From assembly GCA_964643065.1 (NCBI GenBank), contig CAZXPD010000001.1:2925-66924 (forward strand): DNA of 64,000 nucleotides. Reading direction: 5' to 3'. The stretch comes from an uncultured Gammaproteobacteria bacterium (GTDB lineage Bacteria; Cyanobacteriota; Vampirovibrionia; Gastranaerophilales; CAZEDP01). The translations under genes and the position numbers were made by a program. The notes beneath the pieces were generated by a model. That model was given only the letters and a program-made list of their open reading frames with translations. It made no database searches and had not been told where the DNA came from. How positions within the stretch are numbered: position 1 is the first letter of the stretch; each line of letters starts with the position of its first letter. Positions 18,654 through 28,705 of this stretch are shown piece by piece.

Positions 18654-21600
18654 ATGAATTCAAACGAACAGCTTATTAATCAATTTAATGAAATTCTGCA
18701 AAACAGTAAAAACTGTGTTGTTAATATTGTTAATGATAAATTAACTTTGGCTGTATTTTCACTACTAGAAAAAAATCTAAAAAACGTCAAAGAAATTAAT
18801 TTCATTATCAGAGATACAAGATTTATTCCTCAAAATGATGAAATGGTTAGAGAATTTGAAATAAACCCCAATGACACTCTTTTCAATGCTTATGATATTA
18901 CTGAAAAAAATAAATTGCAGTACTTTGAAAAAGCAAAATCAATGTACGAATTTATCTTGAAGAACGTGAATGTCAAAAAGACAACGGCAGCTTGCCAAAT
19001 CAAGGGGAATATTTTAATCGTAGATGATGAATTTATGATTCAAGGCTCATCCTCTTTAGAACGTTCGCCTAAAGCGGTAAAATCAAAAGTGAACAGTATA
19101 AATTTTGATACTGTTATAAACAGTACGATGGATAAAACGCAGATTACTAAAGCCACTGAAACATTTCAGAGGGTTTGGAGTAGTAATGAATACACTGAAG
19201 ACTATAAATCAGAACTGTTAAAAGGCTTAGAATATCTATATAAAGAGCATCCGCCTGAATATTTATACTATTTCACATTAAATGAGCTTTTTGGAGAACA
19301 ACTGGACTACGGTGTTGAAAGATTTGAGCAAGATAATACCAATTTCAAAAAAACAAAAATTTGGGATATGCTCTATGACTTTCAAAAAGATGCTGTTTTA
19401 TCGGCTATACAGAAAATCAATAAATATAACGGTTGTATAATAGCTGATAGTGTAGGTCTTGGGAAAACTTTTGAAGCTCTTGCTGTTATCAAATATTTTG
19501 AATTAAGACAAGACAATGTATTGGTGTTAACACCTGCAAAACTTTATGACAACTGGAATTCATTCAAAGGTGCATATAAAGATAGCATCCTTGATGAAGT
19601 TTTCAATTACAAAATAATGTTCCATACTGATTTATCACGTTACAAAGGCGATTCAAGAAGCGGTTGGGATTTAACCCGATTTGACTGGAGTAAGTTCGAT
19701 TTATTAGTTATTGATGAATCCCATAATTTTAGAAACAGGACAGAAAAAGACTTCGGCTTAACCAGATATCAAAGACTTCTGGAAGAAGTTATCAAGAAAA
19801 ATCAAAATACAAAGGTTTTGTTGCTTTCCGCGACTCCTGTAAACAACTCTCTTAACGATCTTAAAAACCAAATTAGCATTATAACAGCGGATAGAGACTT
19901 TGCTTTTGAAGTTCAGGGGATACCTAGCATAAGCAATCTTATGCGAAAAACCTCAACCTCAATAAATAACTGGGAGAAGTCTCATAATAAGTCTAAAGAG
20001 CAACTGTTTGACAGTTTACCTTCTGAATTCTATAAACTTCTTGAAATGATGACAATTTCAAGAAGCAGAAAGCATATTACAAACTACTATGGAACAGACA
20101 AAGTTGGTAAATTCCCAACCAAGCTTAAACCCGATACAAAAACTCCTCATATAGATTCAGAGCTTACTCTTTTGCACTTTAAAGAAACTAATATGAGACT
20201 GGAAGAGTTAATATTGGCTGTTTATATGCCAATGAAATACATAAAGAGCCAACATAAAGCTTATTACAGGGAAAAATATCAGACTAAATATAACAATAAA
20301 ATTATTTTTAGCCATGAAGACAGGGAGTTCTTTACAGCTAAAATGCACAGGTTTAACCTGTTTAAAAGGCTGGATAGTTCAGTATTTGCCTTTGGCGAAA
20401 CAATAAGAAGGCTAAAAGGTAGAATTGAAAATTATATCAAACTATTAGAGCACAATGCTGATGAAATAGAAGCTCAGGATGATGATTCAGAAGAAAATGA
20501 TTTGAGCCTTGATTATAAATATGAAATCAAAGTTAATCACTTAAACAAAGAGGATTTTCTGACCGATTTGTATTATGACAAACTGGTTCTTGATGAAATT
20601 TATGCAGAAGTGGAAGAAGTTCTGAAAAATAAAAGAGACAACAAGCTTCATGTACTGCTTGATGAACTGAAACGTAAAGTAACTACAACTCCATACAATC
20701 TAGGCAACAAAAAAGTTCTTATTTTTACTGCATTTGCTGATACTGCAAACTATTTATACAATGAACTAGCCAAAGAACTTTCTGATATGGGTATAACAAC
20801 TGCAATGGTTAGCGGTTCAGGTTCTCCAAAAGCTAATAATAAGAAAATCCAACTTGAATTTAATAACGTGCTTTCAATGTTTTCGCCAAAATCAAAACTT
20901 AAAAAGGAAATTCCTGCGGAGGATCAAATAGATGTCCTTATCGGTACAGATTGTATTTCAGAAGGTCAAAACCTCCAAGATTGCGACTGCGTAATAAATT
21001 ATGATATACAATGGAATCCTGTTTCATTGATTCAAAGATTTGGTAGAATTGATCGTATTGGAAGCGTTAATACTCAGATTAAAATGATTAACTTCTTCCC
21101 TCATATAGCTTTAAATGAATATTTAAACCTTGAAAAGCGTGTTAAGAGCAAAATGCTTGCAACAAACCTTGCCTCCACAGGTGATGAGGATATTTTATCC
21201 CCTGAAATGAATGATATTGACTTTAGAAGAAGGCAACTTGAGCGTCTTAAAGATGAAGTTATTGATATTGATGAAGCAAGCGATAATATTTCATTAACTG
21301 ATTTAAATATGAATGAATACTTGTTTGAACTGGCAGAGTATATTAAAAAAGAGCCTGAAATCAAAAAAATGCCTAAAGGAATCTATTCTGTTACTGACGG
21401 CGATAAACAAGGCATTATTTTCTGCTTTAAACACAAAAACAATACGGCAAAGCCTGACAATGACAGTTCATTGTATCCTTATTATTTGATTTATTTAAAC
21501 AATGACGGGGAATTAATACTTGGTAATGCTCAGGCTAGGGACTTATTAAAGCACTTCAGAAAATTGTGTTATCAAAAAGGAGTTCCTGTAAAAGAATTCT

Positions 21601-21803
21601 TTGATAAATTCTTTGAAAGAACAAATAATGCAAAAGATATGAGTCATTATTCCCAACTTTTAACCAGAGCGATAAAAACAATACAAGGACAGGAAGAAGC
21701 AAAATCGGAACAGACTGTATTTGACTTTGGCGGCTTTAACAACCCATTTGCCGGAGAAGAGCAGGATGATTTTGAGTTAATTTCCTTTTTGGTGGTGGAA
21801 TAG
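18654..21803 (+). CDS. SNF2-family helicase with N-terminal degenerate PLD-like domain
   Basis: SNF2 motifs DSVGLGKT, VIDESHNFRN, LLSATPVNNS and QRFGRIDRIG. N-terminal QIKGNILIVDD..GSSSL resembles HxK..D..GSxN with His replaced. Confidence 0.9.
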   Translation: MNSNEQLINQFNEILQNSKNCVVNIVNDKLTLAVFSLLEKNLKNVKEINFIIRDTRFIPQNDEMVREFEINPNDTLFNAYDITEKNKLQYFEKAKSMYEFILKNVNVKKTTAACQIKGNILIVDDEFMIQGSSSLERSPKAVKSKVNSINFDTVINSTMDKTQITKATETFQRVWSSNEYTEDYKSELLKGLEYLYKEHPPEYLYYFTLNELFGEQLDYGVERFEQDNTNFKKTKIWDMLYDFQKDAVLSAIQKINKYNGCIIADSVGLGKTFEALAVIKYFELRQDNVLVLTPAKLYDNWNSFKGAYKDSILDEVFNYKIMFHTDLSRYKGDSRSGWDLTRFDWSKFDLLVIDESHNFRNRTEKDFGLTRYQRLLEEVIKKNQNTKVLLLSATPVNNSLNDLKNQISIITADRDFAFEVQGIPSISNLMRKTSTSINNWEKSHNKSKEQLFDSLPSEFYKLLEMMTISRSRKHITNYYGTDKVGKFPTKLKPDTKTPHIDSELTLLHFKETNMRLEELILAVYMPMKYIKSQHKAYYREKYQTKYNNKIIFSHEDREFFTAKMHRFNLFKRLDSSVFAFGETIRRLKGRIENYIKLLEHNADEIEAQDDDSEENDLSLDYKYEIKVNHLNKEDFLTDLYYDKLVLDEIYAEVEEVLKNKRDNKLHVLLDELKRKVTTTPYNLGNKKVLIFTAFADTANYLYNELAKELSDMGITTAMVSGSGSPKANNKKIQLEFNNVLSMFSPKSKLKKEIPAEDQIDVLIGTDCISEGQNLQDCDCVINYDIQWNPVSLIQRFGRIDRIGSVNTQIKMINFFPHIALNEYLNLEKRVKSKMLATNLASTGDEDILSPEMNDIDFRRRQLERLKDEVIDIDEASDNISLTDLNMNEYLFELAEYIKKEPEIKKMPKGIYSVTDGDKQGIIFCFKHKNNTAKPDNDSSLYPYYLIYLNNDGELILGNAQARDLLKHFRKLCYQKGVPVKEFFDKFFERTNNAKDMSHYSQLLTRAIKTIQGQEEAKSEQTVFDFGGFNNPFAGEEQDDFELISFLVVE

Positions 21804-22520
21804 ATGTTTAATTTACCTAAAAAATATGAAGTTAATAAAAAATTTGCTCTTAAAACCTTTATTCCTAAAGAGTTAAAGGCTGGAGAGAAAAAAAGACTTA
21901 AAGAAGCTTTAAAAGAAGTAAAGTTGACTCATCAAATAACAGGAGAAGGGATTCCCTCGTTAATTGATGAAGCACATAATTGTGCGGTTATTATGTTTTT
22001 TGATGTTCAAGTAGAAAAAATCAAAGACGCATCTTTTGTTTCAGGAATATTGCAAGCACTTGTTAAATCCCCTTGTATTTTAAGGATTTTCGATGATTCT
22101 TCTGTTGTGTATTCTTTTGCACACAAACGCTTGAATTTGCAGGATGCTAATGAGATTGTTATTGCTGATGCTGTTATAACAAAACCGTTTTCACATTCAG
22201 CTCTGGATGATAAAAAGAATATGATGGAAGAATACTTAAGTTTTGAAAAGATAGTAAATACCAATAATAAACTGACTTTTTACTCAGAAATAATGGGTAA
22301 GGCTTATATAATTTCTAATCCGACAATTTTCTCAAGAACTGTTGCATTATTACAGAGTAAATTTTGGTACAATCTAAATGAAATTTGGAACGTTCTGGGT
22401 AAACTAAAAAGGCTTGACAGTCTCAATACAGAACAGCTTAAAACCAGTATAGCCGTAGAAAAAGTTAAACTGAATACTGAAATAAAAAATTTAATACAAG
22501 AGCTTGAAAGTTTTATATAA
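21804..22520 (+). CDS. hypothetical protein, possibly DUF4391-like (call by context and recollection only)
   Basis: 238 aa. Its start abuts the SNF2 stop (TAG ATG). No catalytic motif recognised. Confidence 0.5.
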   Translation: MFNLPKKYEVNKKFALKTFIPKELKAGEKKRLKEALKEVKLTHQITGEGIPSLIDEAHNCAVIMFFDVQVEKIKDASFVSGILQALVKSPCILRIFDDSSVVYSFAHKRLNLQDANEIVIADAVITKPFSHSALDDKKNMMEEYLSFEKIVNTNNKLTFYSEIMGKAYIISNPTIFSRTVALLQSKFWYNLNEIWNVLGKLKRLDSLNTEQLKTSIAVEKVKLNTEIKNLIQELESFI

Positions 22521-22535
22521 ATAGGAGTGAAGAGT

Positions 22536-24692
22536 ATGGAAATAACTGAAAATATACAAAATAATGAATATCCGAAAGTTCAACCTGAACTATTCAATAA
22601 TGATATTGAAAACCTGCAAAAACTAGCAAGCTTGTTTCCTGCTGCTGTAAAAGATGGACAGCTTGATATAGATGCTCTAAAAGAAGAACTCGGACAGTTT
22701 GAAGAAGTAACTGCTGAAAAATACGAACTCAATTGGGCTGGTAAGCAAAATGCAAAAAAAGAAGCAAGAAAAAATCCTGTTGGAAGAACTCTAAAATATT
22801 GCCCTGAAGAAAGTCATTATTCTGAAACAACGGAAAATTTGTATATTGAGGGTGATAACCTCGAAGTCTTAAAACTCTTGAAGAAGAATTATTATGGTGC
22901 AATAAAGATGATTTATATAGATCCTCCTTATAATACAGGTAGTGATGAGTTTTTATATAGAGATAACTTTTCAATGACACAAGATGAAATAGAACAACTT
23001 CAAGGAGATCGTGATGAATCCGGTATTAAAATGATTAAAAATTCCAAGGACTCTGCTCGCTATCATACAAATTGGCTTAATGAGATTTATCCTCTATTGA
23101 AAGTTGCTAAAGATTTACTAACTGAAGATGGAGCTATCTTTATCTCAATTGATGATAACGAACTTGAGAATTTGAAAAGATTATGTAATGAAATTTTTGG
23201 AGAAGAAAATTTTATAAATTTAATTTCTTTAAACGCAAAAGTTAGTGCAGGTGCAAGTGGTGGGGGTGAAGATAAAAAACTTAAAAAAAATATTGAATAT
23301 ATACTGTTATATGCAAAAAACTCTGATGGCTTTCAATCAATAAAAGCTCCTTATAAAGATACGGAGTTAATGAGCTATATAGAACAAATGAAAAAAGACA
23401 ATAAAAGCTTTAAATATACCAATGTACTGTATTCATGTAGCGAGGAAGAATATTTTAAAACAATAAAAGATGGGGATGGCAATGATATTGTAATTAATAA
23501 AATTAAAAACTACGACATAAAAACAGTAAAACAGATTTCCCAACTGGAAGGAATTTCTGAAAAAGATGTTTATTACAAATATTTTGAAAAAATAATGACA
23601 ACCACAAATGCCCAAACCTCTATTAGGGATAGAGTATGGGAGGCAACTGGTGAAGAAAATGAATTATTCAAAGCTACTTATGTTCCTAGGTCAGGCAAAA
23701 ATAAAGGGCAAGCGATTGATTTGCTTTTTATTGGAAAACAAAAAGTTCTAGTAATTTGGTTAAAAGACTCTGCTGTTGAAATAGATGGTATTTTATATAA
23801 ACGAGAGAAAGTTGGGACTTATTGGGATGGATTTAGCTGGATAAACGTCTCCAAAGAAGGTTCCATAAAATTTGATAATGGCAAAAAGCCAATTGCTTTA
23901 ATTCAAAGAATGATTAATTTGTTTCCAGATAATAATAATATGATAGTTTTAGACTTCTTTTCAGGAAGTGGCACCACCGCTCATGCTTGTGTTCAAAATA
24001 ATATTGATTTTTCATTGATAAATAAATATATAATGGTTCAAATACCTCAAAAAATTGAGCCAACATCTAAGGCAAATAAAGATTATATTAAATACTTAAA
24101 AGAAGAAAAAATTGAGCCTGTTATTACTGAAATTGCTAAAGAGCGTATTCGAAGAGCCAGCAATAGAATAAAGGAAGAAATTGAGCAAGGTAATCAACAA
24201 CTAAAGCTGGGACAAGAGCCTAAAAGACTTCCTGACATCGGCTTTAAAGTTTTCAAAGTTGCAGATACAACATTAAACTGGGAGAAAAAAGCACTACAGG
24301 GTGATAGTCTACATGCTGATTATTTGGCTGGAACAACTAACAAAGACAGGCTTGATTTTACTCCTGGATTCAATGACTTTGATGTGGTTTATGAAATCAT
24401 GCTCAGACAAGAAGGTGTGCCTTTAACCTCCAAGATTGAAACATTGTCTGAAATAGGCAGCAGGACTTATCTTGTAGCTGACAGTTACTTGATTACTCTG
24501 GAAGAAACCATAACACAGGAAATGGTTGATAAATTATCAAAAATAGAGCCGTTGCCGTTTAAGTTTGTTTTCAGAGATTCTGCCTTTGGTGATGATATAG
24601 CATTAAAAGACGAAACATTCAGAAGGCTAAACGCCCTAATCGATAAAAATAAAGGCGGTAGAAAACAAGCCTATACAGTTGAATTCATATAG
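22536..24692 (+). CDS. mod: Type III-like DNA methyltransferase (Mod; beta-class N6-adenine/N4-cytosine)
   Basis: Motif IV IYIDPPYNTGSD precedes motif I VLDFFSGSGTTAHA (beta permutation). AGGAG 8 nt before the ATG at 22536. Confidence 0.9.
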   Translation: MEITENIQNNEYPKVQPELFNNDIENLQKLASLFPAAVKDGQLDIDALKEELGQFEEVTAEKYELNWAGKQNAKKEARKNPVGRTLKYCPEESHYSETTENLYIEGDNLEVLKLLKKNYYGAIKMIYIDPPYNTGSDEFLYRDNFSMTQDEIEQLQGDRDESGIKMIKNSKDSARYHTNWLNEIYPLLKVAKDLLTEDGAIFISIDDNELENLKRLCNEIFGEENFINLISLNAKVSAGASGGGEDKKLKKNIEYILLYAKNSDGFQSIKAPYKDTELMSYIEQMKKDNKSFKYTNVLYSCSEEEYFKTIKDGDGNDIVINKIKNYDIKTVKQISQLEGISEKDVYYKYFEKIMTTTNAQTSIRDRVWEATGEENELFKATYVPRSGKNKGQAIDLLFIGKQKVLVIWLKDSAVEIDGILYKREKVGTYWDGFSWINVSKEGSIKFDNGKKPIALIQRMINLFPDNNNMIVLDFFSGSGTTAHACVQNNIDFSLINKYIMVQIPQKIEPTSKANKDYIKYLKEEKIEPVITEIAKERIRRASNRIKEEIEQGNQQLKLGQEPKRLPDIGFKVFKVADTTLNWEKKALQGDSLHADYLAGTTNKDRLDFTPGFNDFDVVYEIMLRQEGVPLTSKIETLSEIGSRTYLVADSYLITLEETITQEMVDKLSKIEPLPFKFVFRDSAFGDDIALKDETFRRLNALIDKNKGGRKQAYTVEFI

Positions 24693-24703
24693 GAGTGTTA
24701 AAA

Positions 24704-27700
24704 ATGGCTAATAAAGTAAAATTTGAATTTAATCCAAAATTAACACACCAACTAAATGCTATTGAATCAACAACAGCTATATTTGATGGTTTGTCCAAAC
24801 GTTCAAAAGGTATATATTCAGGAAAAAGGATGTATGCCGATGATTTATCTTCCAATCCTCATGTAACTTTAGGAACACGGGTGTTAGAAAACCTGCAAAA
24901 AATTCAGTTAAATAATGATTTATTTCCTGACAAAGAGCTTGCTAACGGTAATTTTGCTTTAGAAATGGAAACAGGAACCGGAAAAACTTATGTTTATTTA
25001 AGAACAATTTTAGAATTGTACGACAAATATAAATTGAAAAAATTCATGATAATAGTTCCTTCTATTGCAATAAAATTAGGCGTTAAAAAGTCTGTAGAAA
25101 TGCTCGCTGATCACTTTAAAGCTTTACCTTTTAAAGAAAGTATTGATATTCGTAATCACTGTTTTGTGTATGACAGTAAAGATATGAATAAAATTTTCCA
25201 AAAAATGGTTGATAGCAAGGATTTGAGCATTTGTATAATCAATACACAATCATTTGCTTCTGATAATACTAAAATTAAAAACGCTGCTGAAAATGGTGTT
25301 ATTCTTTGGGATGAATTAAAAGCAATCAAGCCTATTATTATAATAGATGAACCTCAACGAGTTGAAGGCACAAAGAAAAAGCCATCCCAATCAAAAAAAG
25401 CTCTCGATGAACTTAATCCTTTATTCACGTTAAAGTATTCTGCAACGCACAAAGATGAATTTGCTTGTAACTTCATATATAAACTTGATTCATACGGAGC
25501 GTTTAAAGAAAAACTTGTTAAAAAAATCAAGGTTAAAACTGTCTATGGAACAGTTCTAAAGGACTTTCCTTACATTAGATATGTGAGCTTTACTTCGGAT
25601 TTAAAAGCTAAAATTGAAATATTTAATCAGGAACAAGGCGGCAGAATCAAGTTTAAAACCTTTGATGTTATAGGAAATGCTTCACTATATGAATTATCAG
25701 GAAAATTATCGCAATATCAGGACTGGTATATTGCCGAAAATCCACATAAAGAAAAAGCTCTTAAAATTAATACTCCAACCGGAGTTATAGAGCTTGAAAG
25801 AGCTCATAATAACAGTGAAGTAAATCAAAAGGATGCTGCAAGAATCCAAATTAAACTGGCTATTAAAAATCATCTTGAAAAACAGTTTGCAATTCTTGAT
25901 AAGGGCGAAAAAATTAAAGCTTTGAGCTTGTTCTTCATAGATGAAGTAATAAAAGTCAGAGACTACAGCCAGCCTGATAACAGAGGTGAATATTTAAAGA
26001 TATTCGACGATGAATATTCAAAGTTAATTAAAGAGTATGAGCATAAATTTAAACAATATGCTGATTTATTTCCTAAATATGAAGATTTAAATACTATAAG
26101 GCAGGGCTATTTTGCTGTTGATAAAAACAACAAAGAATTAGACCTTGACGTTCTAGAAGATGATAAGGAATACAAAAAAGACATTCAGGCATTAGTTGAT
26201 AAGCAAATTGACCAGATATTAAACGGCAAAGATGAATTAATATCGTTCAACAGCCCTTTAACCTTTATTTTCTCTCATAGTGCTTTAAGAGAAGGCTGGG
26301 ATAATCCTAATGTTTTCACGCTTTGCACTTTGAGAAAAGGGAATAGCGATATTGCTAAAAAACAGGAAATAGGAAGAGGTTTGAGACTTCCTGTTGATGT
26401 AAACGGCAAAAGAATTCAGGATGACGAAGTAAATGAGCTTACCGTAATTGCAAACGACCATTATGACCATTTTGCAGACAGTTTACAAAAAGATTTTAAT
26501 GAAAAAATGGGCTTCAATAAAGACGAAGTAACTTTTGAAATCATCACAAAAACGCTTAAACATGCCGGAATTCCTGCTGAAAAACTGACTCAGGAACTGG
26601 TAAATGAGTTCAAGGAAGAACTTATTGCAAGGGCTGTTATTGATAATAAAAATATCCTGAAAAATAATGCTAATATTCAATTCATTGAATTTGAAAATGA
26701 AACGCTGAAAGAGCATATTATCAAGATTAAAGAATCTTTTGTTGAACTGATGCAGGAAAAAGGCACAGCCAAGCTTGAAATCGAAAATGGAGACAATGAC
26801 CCGATTGTTAATGCAGAGCATAGCTATGTAAAAGACGAAGATTTCAAGAAAATATTAGAAAACCTGAAACACTATATGGTTAAGCGTTCTTTGTATAAAT
26901 TCAACCTAGATAAAGAAGTGTTTATTCAATCCTGCATTGAAGAGCTTAATGATTATTTAAAAACAATGAAAGCCAGTAGTGTTTATGAGGTTACTGATGG
27001 CGAACTCAAAACAAATATAGCTTCTAAAATTGTTATTGAAAAAGGATCTTCAAATCTTGAAGAAATCTATAAAGACAGTACAAAAGAAGATAAGTCAGAC
27101 TTGGAAATCGTTGATTATATTATGTATCACACATTAATGCCAAGATTGGCTATAATCAGAATTCTTCAAGGAATCGAAAAAAGAGACCTTTTAAACTATC
27201 AAGATGTGCTTGAAGATATAACCAAGAAAATAGCTAAAAAACTTGAAAATGCAAAGGCTAACAGTGTTTATACTTATGAAATAATTGATGGCTATGAACT
27301 TGACTGGGCAAAGATTATAGAAGCTGATTTTGTTGATGATGCCTCATTTGAAAAAGCAAAGAGAGTATTTAAAACAAACTTTAATAAGCGAAAAGCCGTA
27401 AATAAATACTACAAAATGGACAGTGACGGCGAATTTGATTTTGCCCAAAAACTGGAAGATGACCCTGAAGTGGTGCTTTTCACAAAGCTCAAAAAGGGCG
27501 GATTTATTATTGACACTCCTTATGGAAATTATTCACCTGACTGGGCTGTCGTATGCAAAAATTCCAGCGATTACAAATTATACTTCATAATCGAATCAAA
27601 ATTCGGCAAAGATAAAGAAAATCTGACAGAAGTTGAAAATGAAAAAATTAGACTTGGCGGATTACACTTTAGAGCTGTTGATAAAAAGAACATAAAGTTC

Positions 27701-27760
27701 GACTGGATAAAAGATTATGACGACTACAAACGTAAATTCGCTGTTGTGGAAATGGTTTAG
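24704..27760 (+). CDS. res: Type III restriction enzyme Res subunit (SF2 helicase plus C-terminal PD-ExK nuclease)
   Basis: METGTGKTYVY, IIIDEPQR and QEIGRGLRLPV. C-terminal YSPDWAVV...FIIESKFGK. AGGAG before the ATG at 24704. Confidence 0.9.
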   Translation: MANKVKFEFNPKLTHQLNAIESTTAIFDGLSKRSKGIYSGKRMYADDLSSNPHVTLGTRVLENLQKIQLNNDLFPDKELANGNFALEMETGTGKTYVYLRTILELYDKYKLKKFMIIVPSIAIKLGVKKSVEMLADHFKALPFKESIDIRNHCFVYDSKDMNKIFQKMVDSKDLSICIINTQSFASDNTKIKNAAENGVILWDELKAIKPIIIIDEPQRVEGTKKKPSQSKKALDELNPLFTLKYSATHKDEFACNFIYKLDSYGAFKEKLVKKIKVKTVYGTVLKDFPYIRYVSFTSDLKAKIEIFNQEQGGRIKFKTFDVIGNASLYELSGKLSQYQDWYIAENPHKEKALKINTPTGVIELERAHNNSEVNQKDAARIQIKLAIKNHLEKQFAILDKGEKIKALSLFFIDEVIKVRDYSQPDNRGEYLKIFDDEYSKLIKEYEHKFKQYADLFPKYEDLNTIRQGYFAVDKNNKELDLDVLEDDKEYKKDIQALVDKQIDQILNGKDELISFNSPLTFIFSHSALREGWDNPNVFTLCTLRKGNSDIAKKQEIGRGLRLPVDVNGKRIQDDEVNELTVIANDHYDHFADSLQKDFNEKMGFNKDEVTFEIITKTLKHAGIPAEKLTQELVNEFKEELIARAVIDNKNILKNNANIQFIEFENETLKEHIIKIKESFVELMQEKGTAKLEIENGDNDPIVNAEHSYVKDEDFKKILENLKHYMVKRSLYKFNLDKEVFIQSCIEELNDYLKTMKASSVYEVTDGELKTNIASKIVIEKGSSNLEEIYKDSTKEDKSDLEIVDYIMYHTLMPRLAIIRILQGIEKRDLLNYQDVLEDITKKIAKKLENAKANSVYTYEIIDGYELDWAKIIEADFVDDASFEKAKRVFKTNFNKRKAVNKYYKMDSDGEFDFAQKLEDDPEVVLFTKLKKGGFIIDTPYGNYSPDWAVVCKNSSDYKLYFIIESKFGKDKENLTEVENEKIRLGGLHFRAVDKKNIKFDWIKDYDDYKRKFAVVEMV

Positions 27761-27762
27761 TA

Positions 27763-28671
27763 GTGGAACAGCACGACAAAGAAACATTATTAAATAAGAT
27801 TGCAAAAGCAGAAAAAATATTCTGTGAATACAATGAGTATGAACACTTATACTCCTCCTTGGTGTTTCTCGGAAATTATACAATTTTAAGTGGTGCTGCA
27901 GATTCTCGTTTAATTGAGGCAATTCCAACATTGGAGTTTGATAACTCAAAAGTTTTTGAAACAAATTTAAGAAAAATAGGAAACCATTTAAGTAATATTT
28001 TTTACTTAATTTTAAGGCTTGACTCTTATAAAAATAAAACTCTTTCAGAGCTTCCTGACTGTTGGCGTTCATTTATAGGGTTAGATATAGAGTTTTTTCA
28101 TATTCAAATTCGTTCTATAATGGACTTTATCCCTTCTATTATAGATACGACCTTTAGTGTTGAAGCTCCAGAGAAGAAAATTGATTCATATAATCGCTTT
28201 CTTATTTGGCTTGAAAATACCGATAAAAAAGAAAAAATTCAAAAAATAGACCCTGAAATTATTAATTTAATTGATAATTCAAAAGATTATTTCAATTTCC
28301 AAAAAAATGTACGAGATTCTTTAATTCATGATGCTGTTGATAGTTCTGTTTTTGGCACAGATACAACCGAAGGAATCTTATTTAATTTAAATAAATCTCC
28401 TTTTCGAACATTAATTAATAGTCAATATATAAAACAATTCTTTCCAGTCATCAAATATAATGATAATAATGTTTTTTACTTTGAATATTATGCATCAATA
28501 CAATTATTGGAACTTATATGTTTTTTAGAGGATTTTTGTGATTTTTATATAAAAAAATATAGTATCAAAAATACAGGAAGCCCAAGGCAAGAAGGTTCTG
28601 GTATAACCAAAACGAAAGAATGGATAGATAATCTAAAAACCAAAATCATTCAAGATAATTGGATGAGGTAA
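27763..28671 (+). CDS. hypothetical protein co-translated with Res (single Rx4H motif, possible HEPN-like)
   Basis: GTG start 2 nt after the Res stop. 302 aa. The only motif noticed is NVRDSLIHD (R184-x4-H189). No other recognisable domain. Confidence 0.55.
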   Translation: MEQHDKETLLNKIAKAEKIFCEYNEYEHLYSSLVFLGNYTILSGAADSRLIEAIPTLEFDNSKVFETNLRKIGNHLSNIFYLILRLDSYKNKTLSELPDCWRSFIGLDIEFFHIQIRSIMDFIPSIIDTTFSVEAPEKKIDSYNRFLIWLENTDKKEKIQKIDPEIINLIDNSKDYFNFQKNVRDSLIHDAVDSSVFGTDTTEGILFNLNKSPFRTLINSQYIKQFFPVIKYNDNNVFYFEYYASIQLLELICFLEDFCDFYIKKYSIKNTGSPRQEGSGITKTKEWIDNLKTKIIQDNWMR

Positions 28672-28705
28672 AAGATTATTCAGTTTGTATTCATAATTAT
28701 TCAAT

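Noticed and set aside
23283-23290. A8 homopolymer inside the Type III mod gene as a possible phase-variation tract.
   Set aside because: Runs of 7-8 A or T are frequent throughout this AT-rich window. No longer simple-sequence repeat of the kind seen in phasevarion mod genes was found.
27662-28072. 136-aa minus-strand ORF spanning the Res / 302-aa gene junction; also checked as a possible missing integrase catalytic half.
   Set aside because: It is antisense to two coupled plus-strand genes, and its translation has none of the R..H..R..Y integrase catalytic residues.
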